A DNA stretch of 64,000 nucleotides from Bacteroidales bacterium UBA3754 (GTDB taxonomy: Bacteria; Bacteroidota; Bacteroidia; Bacteroidales; UBA1715). The position numbers and the translations under genes are program-made. The stretch spans positions 7,530 through 71,529 of the forward strand of contig DFGI01000080.1 in assembly GCA_002371705.1 (NCBI GenBank), in the 5' to 3' direction. How positions within the stretch are numbered: position 1 is the first letter of the stretch; every line of letters begins with the position of its first letter. Positions 10,014 through 18,278 of the stretch are shown here, piece by piece. The notes under the pieces are model-generated. The model searched no databases, was not told the origin of the DNA, and was given only the letters and a program-made list of their open reading frames with translations.

Positions 10014-10287
10014 CCGACTTAGCTGATTGGCGTCAAGAAAATCAACGGAGTGCAGCGTGAAAAAGGCGTTGGTGCCTTCTAACGAGATTCTTTATTATAC
10101 GATAATGTGGCACTTCAACGCCTTTAGCGGAACGCAGTTGATTTTTAGCCAAGCAGGTACGTCGGCGGCCTTTCTTTGGGTTCCGTTTCCTTTTGGCATT
10201 TTGCTCACGTTCGGCAAAGAAAATACATTTCCTTTGCTCTCACTTATTCGCAAAATTCTTTCGCCGCCGAAAGAAATGGAACAAAAT
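10014..10287 (+). repeat. Structured intergenic repeat, copy A (full-length, with a 69-nt nested insertion at 10190..10258)
   Basis: It aligns end to end with copy C (58390..58591): the CCGACT(T/G)AG head, the AAAATCAACGGAGTG...GGCGTTGGTGCC / GGCACTTCAACGCC...GTTGATTTT long imperfect hairpin, and the TTCCGTTTCTTTCG-CCGC-CGAAAGAAATGGAA hairpin, which is split here by the insertion. Confidence 0.8.
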
Positions 10288-12224
10288 CATAACGAAACTT
10301 GCACCAAAACATGTACCGCAAGTTTTCGGTTATCTCTATATAAATCATACGATTCGGGCAATTCATATTTGTCGGAATAGTTGGTTTGCATAAGTTTGAT
10401 TTGCAGATTGATGTTTGATGTTGATTTCCATTTCAGCAGCACGTACCAATACGTTCCTGCATAAAAATACTGCGAACTCGAAAACGCATACTGCACATCG
10501 TCTTCCCATGCATAGAGACGATTTTCGTATGAGGCATCGAACTGGGCAAAACGTGTGTTCAGCGTAAATGAATGATTTTCAGGTTTATACACAACATCTT
10601 CATACACCAAATACCCCGTCTCACCGTTTTGCGACGACAGCTGTGCGGCAATTTTTAGCTGAACCCTTTTCTCGGGGAAAAACGACAGCATTCCACTCTG
10701 CTTCAACCTCTTACACATCTCATAACCAGATTCTGATTTCTGGGTCTGTGTAATAAGCGAATATTGGTAATACGCTTTAAAAAGCGTTCTTCGCACATAC
10801 GAGAGTTTTACGCGGACAGCATCTCCCTGAGACGGAGTCCGTATGTTAGTCCGTTCATTTGGCATTGTAAACAAATCATTATCAAAAATCAGCGTAAGAT
10901 TCTGATTTAGGGGAAGTTTCACATTTGAACGCCAGCCAATCTCGTTTTCCACAGCCGACTGCCTACCCTCCGCCGAAGCATTAAAACTCTGATAATCATT
11001 TTGATAGAATCGGACATTGGTCGAAAACAGAACGCCGTCGGCAAACGAATACTGCATTCCGTGTATGGTGGCGAATCGAAATTGCTTGTCGGTTGCACAT
11101 TCGCCGTACATTCTTATTTTCTGTTTACGATAATTATATGTAACCGTAGCATTCCGCATTACGTAGTCCACGGAATCCTTCTCAAATTGCTGTTGCAGAA
11201 GAGCAAACCCGAGACGCAACCGTCTCATTTCGAGTTGAATATGCGTTCCTGCCACAGTATATGCTATTGTTTGTTTTGTCGCGCACTCTGATTCTGTACG
11301 ATGATAGCCCGTTTTTTGTATGGTAAATGGGAACTCGTCTTTTTCGGAACATTTCCCGTCCAATTTCCTATACGACAAAAAAGGCGTTACCTGTATCTGT
11401 TTCACGTTGATAGTAGCGCCAATACCACGAAAATACGCAAATTCGGAACTTGAGCTGTGTTTTGCAAGCACATACGCCTGTTTTCCTCCAGCCTGTTCCA
11501 AGGAACTGCCGCCGAATCCACCCTGCGCGGCGACAAGCCCCTGCCCTATGTTCAGCACGTAATCGCCGAACACAAGATTTGAAATCATTCCATTGCTTTT
11601 TTTCTGAATATAGCACGATTGGGAATCAAATCCATCGCGGAATGTCAGCTGCTCGCCCATATCCTTTTTCAGCGTAATGCCAGCATACAGCTCGTTGTGC
11701 GACTGAAACCGATAACGGACAATTTCTTTGTTGGCACCGCCCCGATATCCATTTTCATGTTTGTAGTCGTTATTGGAAACGGCATTCACCGTAGATTGCA
11801 CAGCAAACAGATGTGTTCCGTCGTCCAACAAATCGGAGATGGATTTGCGTGGTTTTACAGGCTCAGCCACACACAGTTGCGCCAACAGTTGTGCTTTTTC
11901 CAGCGGTAAGCCAAGCACATGTTGCAACTCATACACGCTGAGCAACGACTTGTTATGTTCCACATAATATAATAGGCTCATTTTTTCAAATTCTGTGAGA
12001 AAGAAAAACTGCTGGCAATCAGATTCCGTGAGCTCGTTTAGATTACATTTGTGGGAGAACAAATCATCCAACACGGCGATTTCCTCCTCCGAGACCTCAT
12101 CGGAAGCCTCGCCAACAACAGCGTACAGCAGTTCGTCCCAGTCCTGCGCAAAACAGGTCAGGGAAACACATAAGCACACACACAACAAGCTTATGAACCT
12201 CAGTGGAACACGCGGCATTTCCAT
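10287..12224 (-). CDS. Secreted protein with N-terminal helix-hairpin-helix-like repeats and a large beta-rich (outer-membrane-barrel-like) C-terminal region
   Basis: Signal peptide ...LLCVCLCVSLTCFAQ. Two HhH-like segments (LNELTESDCQQFFFLTEFEKMSLLYY; SVYELQHVLGLPLEKAQLLAQL). Alternating aromatic/hydrophilic strands run to the C-terminus. The family assignment is tentative. Confidence 0.55.
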   Translation of the reverse strand: MEMPRVPLRFISLLCVCLCVSLTCFAQDWDELLYAVVGEASDEVSEEEIAVLDDLFSHKCNLNELTESDCQQFFFLTEFEKMSLLYYVEHNKSLLSVYELQHVLGLPLEKAQLLAQLCVAEPVKPRKSISDLLDDGTHLFAVQSTVNAVSNNDYKHENGYRGGANKEIVRYRFQSHNELYAGITLKKDMGEQLTFRDGFDSQSCYIQKKSNGMISNLVFGDYVLNIGQGLVAAQGGFGGSSLEQAGGKQAYVLAKHSSSSEFAYFRGIGATINVKQIQVTPFLSYRKLDGKCSEKDEFPFTIQKTGYHRTESECATKQTIAYTVAGTHIQLEMRRLRLGFALLQQQFEKDSVDYVMRNATVTYNYRKQKIRMYGECATDKQFRFATIHGMQYSFADGVLFSTNVRFYQNDYQSFNASAEGRQSAVENEIGWRSNVKLPLNQNLTLIFDNDLFTMPNERTNIRTPSQGDAVRVKLSYVRRTLFKAYYQYSLITQTQKSESGYEMCKRLKQSGMLSFFPEKRVQLKIAAQLSSQNGETGYLVYEDVVYKPENHSFTLNTRFAQFDASYENRLYAWEDDVQYAFSSSQYFYAGTYWYVLLKWKSTSNINLQIKLMQTNYSDKYELPESYDLYRDNRKLAVHVLVQVSL

Positions 12225-12290
12225 ACCGCAAAGATAGAAAAAAGAATGAAGTTGATTCTACAGTTCCCGAAAAATCCCAATGATTTTTGG

Positions 12291-12725
12291 CTATTCAGCC
12301 TTTTTCCACGCCAATTTTTTCCCGAATCCTAACGTATTGTCGGTGTATTTTGCATCAAAGATTGAGATTTTCCAGAGAATTTTCGGGGTGAGAGTCGTCA
12401 GTGGAAATCGTTTGATATACACTTTTTTAGCCTGTTTTTCATCTTCGTTTTCGCACAGAACCATTTCGCCAGAAAATTGAAGACCTTGCACTTTGCCAAC
12501 AATTTCAGTTTCAAGCACTACGGAACCAGCAATTTTTTTGTTTTGCAACACTTCCTGAATATGACGGGTATCGTCGTGCGATGTGATGATAAATGCTTGA
12601 TTTTCTTCGTCAAACGCATAAAATGCGTTGAAGCACCACGGTTGACCGTCTTGTACCGTGGCAACGGTAATCACGTGATGGCGATGGATAAAATCAGTGA
12701 TTTTTTGAGGAAACGCTTCTGCCAT
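12291..12725 (-). CDS. YhbP/UPF0306 family protein (pyridoxamine 5'-phosphate oxidase-like FMN-binding fold)
   Basis: HHVITVATVQDGQPWCFNAFYAFDEE...RHIQE...GLQFSGE...KYTDNTLGFGKK closely parallels E. coli YhbP (QHVVTWC...LWCANAFYLFD...KFTDNTLGFGKK). The start overlaps the thrH stop as TAATG. Confidence 0.8.
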   Translation of the reverse strand: MAEAFPQKITDFIHRHHVITVATVQDGQPWCFNAFYAFDEENQAFIITSHDDTRHIQEVLQNKKIAGSVVLETEIVGKVQGLQFSGEMVLCENEDEKQAKKVYIKRFPLTTLTPKILWKISIFDAKYTDNTLGFGKKLAWKKAE

Positions 12726-13333
12726 TAGTCTTCGTAAATATGTTGTTCAATCAAGGCTTTCAATTCAGCATAATTATGTGCCACAGGCAATTCCGGGAAT
12801 TCGTCTATCACCTTTTGCGGTGGGCAGAACAAAATTCCGACTTCGGCTTTTTTCAGCATTGACACATCATTATAGGAATCGCCGAACGCAATCACTTTGA
12901 AATTCATACTTTGGAACGCCTCAACGGTATGGCGTTTCGGATCAGACTGACGAAGTTTGTAGTTCGTGATTCTGCCATCTTTGTCAATCTCGAGAGAATG
13001 GCACAAAATAAACGGGTCGTCCAATTGCTTCATAAGCGGTTTCGCAAATTCCTGGAATGTGTCGGACACAATCACGAAACGGCTAATGTCGCGAAGCCAC
13101 TTGGTAAATTCCAAGGCTCCGTCAAGCGGTTTGATGTTCGATATAACTTGCTGAATATCTTGAATTTTCAAACTATGTTCATCAAGAATATTCAAACGAT
13201 ATTTCATTAATTTATCGTAATCAGGTTCGTCGCGAGTGGTGATTTTCAACTTTTCGATGCCAGTAATTTTAGCAACATTAATCCACACTTCGGGAACAAA
13301 AACGCCCTCTAAATCAGAACAAACAACCCACAT
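12725..13333 (-). CDS. thrH: Bifunctional phosphoserine phosphatase / homoserine phosphotransferase ThrH (HAD superfamily)
   Basis: CSDLEGVFVPEVWINVAKITGIEKLKITTRDEPDYDKLMKYRLNILDEH...GDSYNDVSML parallels Pseudomonas ThrH as I recall it. The ATG at 13333 (MWVVCSDLEG) is preferred over the TTG at 13354. Confidence 0.75.
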   Translation of the reverse strand: MWVVCSDLEGVFVPEVWINVAKITGIEKLKITTRDEPDYDKLMKYRLNILDEHSLKIQDIQQVISNIKPLDGALEFTKWLRDISRFVIVSDTFQEFAKPLMKQLDDPFILCHSLEIDKDGRITNYKLRQSDPKRHTVEAFQSMNFKVIAFGDSYNDVSMLKKAEVGILFCPPQKVIDEFPELPVAHNYAELKALIEQHIYED

Positions 13334-13391
13334 AGCAATTGTATTTTTTTGCAAAATAAAGGAATAATTCTGTATTCAGCACGCTTTTTAT

Positions 13392-13399
13392 TACTTTTG
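13392..13399 (+). promoter_or_regulatory. Candidate -7 promoter box (TAnnTTTG)
   Basis: tacttttg lies 21 nt upstream of the coaD ATG. Confidence 0.35.
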
Positions 13400-13420
13400 T
13401 AAAAATTCATCAACAAGAAA

Positions 13421-13861
13421 ATGGAAAAAATTGCTGTCTTTCCCGGAAGTTTCGATCCATTCACGATTGGACACAAAGCGATTCTGGACATGGCGTTGCC
13501 CTTGTTCGACAAAATCATAGTTGCCGTAGGCGTAAATTCCGCGAAGAACTATTTTCTCGAAGCGCCGCAACGGGTGCGGGCTATAGCGGATTTGTACGCT
13601 GGAAATCCTAAAATAGCGGTTGAAACCTACGATTCGCTTACTGTTGATTTCTGCAAAAAACGGAATGCCACCGCTATTCTTCGTGGTTTGCGGAACACCA
13701 CCGACTTTGAATACGAAAAGACTATGGCGCAAACAAATAGGGCTTTAGCGGGAATTGAAACCGTGTTTTTAATGACGCCGCCCGAATACGAACACATTTC
13801 TTCGTCGATAGTACGGGAATTGTTGGCGTATGGCGCCGACGCGTCGAAGTTTTTGCCGTAG
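13421..13861 (+). CDS. coaD: Pantetheine-phosphate adenylyltransferase
   Basis: KIAVFPGSFDPFTIGH (H/TxGH nucleotidyltransferase motif) and ISSSIVRE near the C-terminus; 146 aa. Confidence 0.9.
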   Translation: MEKIAVFPGSFDPFTIGHKAILDMALPLFDKIIVAVGVNSAKNYFLEAPQRVRAIADLYAGNPKIAVETYDSLTVDFCKKRNATAILRGLRNTTDFEYEKTMAQTNRALAGIETVFLMTPPEYEHISSSIVRELLAYGADASKFLP

Positions 13862-13983
13862 AAAATTGTTCATAAATATCCAAGCGATATTTGCAGAAAA
13901 AGAAAACAATTGCTACTTTTACATCGAATGTAAAAAATTATTAATCCGCGTGGATTGCGGTTCACGCACAAAACAAAAGTATT

Positions 13984-14811
13984 ATGGCAGAGAAAAAAGA
14001 ACACAAAATCATTCAAAGTGAAGCTGCAAAAACTGCAAGTGGCAAGGGTGTGGCAGCTCAACAAATCGCACAATCAACAGTGGGATTGCGTATTGGCGCT
14101 GTAGTTGGATGGATTCTCGCACTTGTGGCAGAATTCCTTGCAATCAAGGCAAGTTTCATTCCGTCACCGGCTGAAGACGAAGAAGCAGTCTTATTTATGG
14201 GCATGGCTCCATTCACGGCGCTCATCGTATTCTTGGTTATCGACCTTATCTGCGTGATTGTAGGTTCGTTGTTGTGGAAAAAAGCCAACCACATTCATCC
14301 AGCATCGGAGAAAAATGCGCTTACATTCTGGTTGTGGAACAACTTGGGTGTTATTATGGCGGCTATCGCATTCATTCCGTTCATCATTTTGTTGTTGACT
14401 AACAAAAACGCTGACCAAAAAACAAAAACTGTAGGCACAATCGTTGCCGTTGTGGCAATGTTGATAGCAGGTTTCAGCAGTTATGACTACAATCCATATT
14501 CCGCTGAAGAGCAACAGGAAATTCTGAATATGGAAGAAGCAACAGCCACAGTATTTTGGACAGAAGGTGGTAAAGTATTCCACATTTACGAGGACTGCCA
14601 ACATTTGAACAAATCAGAAGAATTGCACCAAACAACCACACAGGAAGCTGAACAAGCTGGCAAAGAACGGTTATGCAAAACGTGTTTGAAACGCCACGAA
14701 AAAGAGGCTGCCGAAACTCCTGCAATCGAAGAACAATCAGCTCTCGAAAGCTCAGCTGAAGCACCAGCGGAAGTTGAAGAACAAGAAGTTGAGGAAACTG
14801 TGGAAGAATAG
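13984..14811 (+). CDS. Hypothetical membrane protein (about 4 TM) with a Cys-containing C-terminal module and an acidic tail
   Basis: Four hydrophobic segments, then VFWTEGGKVFHIYEDCQHL...CKTCLK (a possible small metal-binding module) and a Glu-rich tail. No family is recognised. Confidence 0.55.
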   Translation: MAEKKEHKIIQSEAAKTASGKGVAAQQIAQSTVGLRIGAVVGWILALVAEFLAIKASFIPSPAEDEEAVLFMGMAPFTALIVFLVIDLICVIVGSLLWKKANHIHPASEKNALTFWLWNNLGVIMAAIAFIPFIILLLTNKNADQKTKTVGTIVAVVAMLIAGFSSYDYNPYSAEEQQEILNMEEATATVFWTEGGKVFHIYEDCQHLNKSEELHQTTTQEAEQAGKERLCKTCLKRHEKEAAETPAIEEQSALESSAEAPAEVEEQEVEETVEE

Positions 14812-14828
14812 TAGAATACTCTTCATAC

Positions 14829-14863
14829 AAAAAAGCCTTCCCCAATTTGGAGAAGGCTTTTTT
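14829..14863. terminator. Bidirectional rho-independent terminator between convergent genes
   Basis: AAAAAAGCCTTC-(11 nt loop)-GAAGGCTTTTTT, with A-run and T-run on the two sides. Confidence 0.7.
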
Positions 14864-14872
14864 ATTGCGTTG

Positions 14873-15205
14873 CTATTCATATTTTGCAAACTTATCGGTA
14901 CCTGCAACACGTTCAAATTCAGAGCCTTTCTTCCATTTCAGATACGGAATGATTGCAGGGTCGAGATTGGCGATGTAGTTCACATCGAACATCATAAAAT
15001 TCTGCTGGTTGTCAAGATATTCATCGGTTTCGTCGCCAGCAAGGAAACGCCATCCGCTGTCGTCTTCGTCCTCTTTTTCCTCGCGGTACATAAATCCAAC
15101 TTTTGCGCCGTCAACAGTAATTCTGTCTGACGCGATGCAATATCCCATAGGTTTTATTAAATCCTGTAAATCAGCGACTTGAAGTTTGTATTTATTATCT
15201 GCCAT
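14873..15205 (-). CDS. DUF2185 (Imm33-like) domain protein
   Basis: GYCIASDRITVDGAKVGFMYREE...DDSGWRFLAGDETDEYLDNQQNFMMFDVNYIANLDPAIIPYL matches my recollection of the DUF2185 signature. The ATG at 15205 (MADNKYK) is preferred over the TTG at 15214. Confidence 0.65.
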   Translation of the reverse strand: MADNKYKLQVADLQDLIKPMGYCIASDRITVDGAKVGFMYREEKEDEDDSGWRFLAGDETDEYLDNQQNFMMFDVNYIANLDPAIIPYLKWKKGSEFERVAGTDKFAKYE

Positions 15206-15223
15206 TGTATTCAATTTTGATTA

Positions 15224-15231
15224 CAAACATA
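15224..15231 (-). promoter_or_regulatory. Candidate -7 promoter box (TAnnTTTG, minus strand)
   Basis: The minus-strand tatgtttg lies 19 nt upstream of the ATG at 15205. Confidence 0.35.
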
Positions 15232-15294
15232 CATAATTAATTTGTAATCGCCGTAATTTTCCCGCTACCGACATCAATTCTCAATTAAAAATAC

Positions 15295-15302
15295 TACTTT
15301 TG
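15295..15302 (+). promoter_or_regulatory. Candidate -7 promoter box (TAnnTTTG)
   Basis: tacttttg lies 10 nt upstream of the ATG at 15312. It overlaps the TTG at 15300, which argues against that start. Confidence 0.3.
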
Positions 15303-15311
15303 ACACGGTTT

Positions 15312-17801
15312 ATGAATAGGAAAAGACATATCTCGATTTTTCAGCTGTTGTTCCCGCTGTTTTTCGCGCTTCCGTTCCCGTTTGCGCTTATGAACTGCGC
15401 GCGGGAATCTGCACCAACAGGTGGCCCGATTGACACAATTGCGCCATACGTGGTGTTCGAAAAACCAGAAAACAACCTACAAAACAGCAACCCGCAGAAA
15501 ATTGTGGTAAAATTCAATGAATTCATTGCGCTCGAAAATATTGAAGACAACTGCATGATTGCGCCAATTATGGAGGAACGCCCTGAAATCACGGTCAAGA
15601 AAAAGAAAATGACAATTGACCTGCGCAAACAAACATTGCAGCAAGGAACCACCTACAGCTTCAATTTCAACAATGCAATAAAGGATTTGACCGAGAAAAA
15701 CGTGACAGAACAATACATTTATGCGTTTTCCACAGGTGCCGGCATTGACAGTATGAAAATCGCCGGTTCGGTCACGTACGCAGCCGACGGGAAAGTCCCC
15801 GAACGTGCATACGTTCTGCTCTACGACAATTTAAGCGACACGGCGTTCAAAACACAGAAACCCCGTTACGTGACGCAAACCACCAAGAAAGGCGACTTTG
15901 CATTCTCGAACATTGAAGCCAAACCGTATAAAATCTACGCTCTGGAGGATTCCGACAAAGATTTCACATTTAACCAAGTGTCGGAAAAAATTGCGTTCCT
16001 CGACACACTTTTCAATCCAACGGCGGAACGCTATATCGACAGCGTGTGGTTTACACACATTGACACTATCCGCATGAAAACCGACGAAGGCACCGACAGC
16101 GTGCGCTACGAAACGGTGAAGGATTCCTTCAACTTGGAGGAAAAAACTCGTTGGTCTGACCAAAATGTGAAACTGCAACTATTTGAAAATGAAGTTTGGG
16201 ACCAAGAAATCCTCATCAACAAACGGGAATCAAAATATGGGACTTCGGTGAAGTTGGCGGCAAAAAATTTGTTTCCAACGAGCATCACCAGCATTCCCGA
16301 CGGACAAATCCAATCGGAACGAATTGGCTCCGACAGCCTTATGTTGTGGATTCTCGACACCACACTGCAAAATAACGACACGGCGAAAATCATTGTAAGT
16401 TACCAAAAGAACCGCAACGATTCACAAATCGTAACCGACACCTTTATGCTTGAACAGGCAAAAGATTTGCCCAAACGGCTTACAATACACTCTCCACTTG
16501 AAAAAAATGCGAAAGTATTTCCAAACGACACAGTTTTCATAACTGTTTCGCGACCGGTTGCCGAGAAATATTTAGGGAAAATCAAACTCTATGAGGCGTG
16601 CGACACGTCGAAAACAACGTGCGAAGAACTGAAACCCGCCACCGATTACCATTTCCGACCGAAAAGCCACTACGCGGAGCAATCAATTCTGCGCTACAAA
16701 GAAGCGAGCGACCGATTTGCGCTGTATTTCAGCAAACCAATTAAACCCGAAGATGTGACGGTGACACTCGATGGACTGCCAACACTTACGGATTGGTATT
16801 ACTGCGAACACGATGAAAAAAGCAACGCACTACTCTATTGGATAAAACCAACAACCAATGCGCTTCGTCTTAAAAATCAAGCAATTACGGTTGTATATAC
16901 CGACTCGGACGGTTCACGGGTGACAAAAAATTTCAACACGAAAAAAGATGTGCCTGTACAAAAAATGTATAAACTGCCCATATCGAACAAGCGGTTGCTG
17001 CTGCACGTAACCGACGAACAGAAGTCGAAACTGAAAACCTACGAACCCATCCGCATTTTCTGCAACAACCCTATCCTATTGTTTACCGACAGTTTGTTTA
17101 CGCTCGTAAACGCCAACGATTCGTTGGAAACATCGGTCATTACAAATATTTCGGTTGTAACGCCACGAATCCTTGAAATTTCGCACGAAACGGAAAACGG
17201 ACAGTCGTATATACTTACACTAAAACGTGGAGCTATAACAGACACATTCGGCGTGGCATCGCGCGAGTTTATTGCCGATGTGCAGACGGAGCCCGCGGCA
17301 AATCTGTTTGTAAAGGATATTCCATACACCATCACGCCAGTGGAAGGCAGAACATTTGCCATTACAGCCGATTGGAAAACAAACTTTTCGTACCGGCTTT
17401 CCATTCCCGACACCACGTTTACCGACGTGTTTGGCGACGCCAACGATTCTATTGCATTTTCGTTCCAATGTCCTAAAAAAGAAGGACTTGGCAACCTATT
17501 GGTGAAAAACACTCAAGGCTACCCTGCCGGCAATTTAGTATTTATACTGCAATCCGCCGACCCGAAGGAAAACATAACCGTAATGGGAACCCAAAAGAAC
17601 GAAGGCTTCCGTTTTGAAAACATTCCTGCCGGAAACTACACATTGCATTGCTTTGTGGACGAAAACCAAAACAAAAAATGGGATTCTGGTTGTTTGGAAA
17701 TCAAACGCCAGCCCGAGACGAAATATTTCTACAAAGGCACCATCACCATTAAATCCGAATGGGAAAACAGCGTGTTCTGGGAAGAATTTGAAACAAAATA
17801 A
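15312..17801 (+). CDS. Large lipoprotein with an N-terminal Ig-like (SbsA/Big_5-type) domain
   Basis: Lipobox-like FALMNC, then ESAPTGGPIDTIAPYVVFEKPENN...KIVVKFNEFI, typical of Bacteroidetes Ig-like-domain lipoproteins. Confidence 0.65.
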   Translation: MNRKRHISIFQLLFPLFFALPFPFALMNCARESAPTGGPIDTIAPYVVFEKPENNLQNSNPQKIVVKFNEFIALENIEDNCMIAPIMEERPEITVKKKKMTIDLRKQTLQQGTTYSFNFNNAIKDLTEKNVTEQYIYAFSTGAGIDSMKIAGSVTYAADGKVPERAYVLLYDNLSDTAFKTQKPRYVTQTTKKGDFAFSNIEAKPYKIYALEDSDKDFTFNQVSEKIAFLDTLFNPTAERYIDSVWFTHIDTIRMKTDEGTDSVRYETVKDSFNLEEKTRWSDQNVKLQLFENEVWDQEILINKRESKYGTSVKLAAKNLFPTSITSIPDGQIQSERIGSDSLMLWILDTTLQNNDTAKIIVSYQKNRNDSQIVTDTFMLEQAKDLPKRLTIHSPLEKNAKVFPNDTVFITVSRPVAEKYLGKIKLYEACDTSKTTCEELKPATDYHFRPKSHYAEQSILRYKEASDRFALYFSKPIKPEDVTVTLDGLPTLTDWYYCEHDEKSNALLYWIKPTTNALRLKNQAITVVYTDSDGSRVTKNFNTKKDVPVQKMYKLPISNKRLLLHVTDEQKSKLKTYEPIRIFCNNPILLFTDSLFTLVNANDSLETSVITNISVVTPRILEISHETENGQSYILTLKRGAITDTFGVASREFIADVQTEPAANLFVKDIPYTITPVEGRTFAITADWKTNFSYRLSIPDTTFTDVFGDANDSIAFSFQCPKKEGLGNLLVKNTQGYPAGNLVFILQSADPKENITVMGTQKNEGFRFENIPAGNYTLHCFVDENQNKKWDSGCLEIKRQPETKYFYKGTITIKSEWENSVFWEEFETK

Positions 17802-17820
17802 GCTCCAACTTACAAAAATT

Positions 17821-17860
17821 GGCACTTCAACGCCTTTAGCGGGGCGCAGTTGATTTTTAG
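17821..17860 (+). repeat. Structured intergenic repeat, copy B (only the 3' arm of hairpin 1)
   Basis: GGCACTTCAACGCCTTTAGCGGGGCGCAGTTGATTTTTAG matches 10109..10147 and 58482..58520 with 2-3 mismatches. Confidence 0.7.
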
Positions 17861-17871
17861 AGAAAAAGTAA

Positions 17872-17885
17872 CAGAAAGCTTTCTG
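17872..17885. promoter_or_regulatory. Perfect 14-bp palindrome, a possible operator
   Basis: CAGAAAGCTTTCTG lies 83 nt upstream of the wHTH gene that heads the polysaccharide locus. Confidence 0.25.
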
Positions 17886-17967
17886 CATTATTGTTTGATT
17901 ATATCAAGAATTTTCTCGTACTTTGATGCAAAGTTATTTGTGAAAGGAGAGGCTTACTTGAGCGTAT

Positions 17968-18234
17968 ATGGAAAATCGGACGACAGTAGTGTTTGAAGGA
18001 AATGGAAACATTGTAAGTAACATACAAAATGTTACAGAAAATGGTCAATTAAATGAGTCCCAAAAAGAAACACTGGAATATATCAGAACCCATGAGGGAT
18101 GTAATACAACAATGATTTCGAATGGGTTAGGAAAACCGTTTAGAACTATTGACAAACACATACAGTTTATGATTGCTACAAAAATTATTGAACGTCGTGG
18201 TAGTAAAAAAACTGGAGGATATTATATTGTTTAA
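17968..18234 (+). CDS. Small stand-alone winged-helix DNA-binding protein
   Basis: LNESQKETLEYIRTHEGCNTTMISNGLGKPFRTIDKHIQFMIATKIIERRGSKKTGGYYIV resembles the C-terminal wHTH module of larger AlbA_2/ATPase-type putative regulators. It may be a truncated remnant. Confidence 0.55.
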   Translation: MENRTTVVFEGNGNIVSNIQNVTENGQLNESQKETLEYIRTHEGCNTTMISNGLGKPFRTIDKHIQFMIATKIIERRGSKKTGGYYIV

Positions 18235-18278
18235 AAAGAAGAAGTTAATATTGAGGAAAAACAGAAAGTAATCATAAA

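Noticed and set aside
10027-10380. A 117-aa ORF (and its relative at 58442..58810, 122 aa) sharing the conserved peptide WHFNAFSGTQLIFS.AG.SAAFLWVPF...SPPKEMEQN.
   Set aside because: The conservation is explained by the DNA repeat (copies A and C). Truncated copies B and D cannot encode the peptide. There is no conserved start or promoter, and the sequence is dominated by hairpin symmetry. Both ORFs also run on into real genes, on the other strand at 10287 and in another frame at 58690. One caveat: the 69-nt insertion in copy A is a multiple of 3 and keeps the frame open, so coding cannot be excluded absolutely without expression data.
12226-12290. An AAAAATC-CCAAT-GATTTTT hairpin, considered as a terminator for the yhbP-like gene.
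   Set aside because: The stem is only 7 bp and almost all A-T, so its predicted stability is too low to call.
17802-17967. Possible invertible promoter (fin/Mpi-type shufflon), as found in front of Bacteroides capsule loci.
   Set aside because: I found no pair of flanking inverted repeats bracketing a promoter-sized segment, only a single 14-bp palindrome and a repeat fragment. No recombinase gene is nearby.
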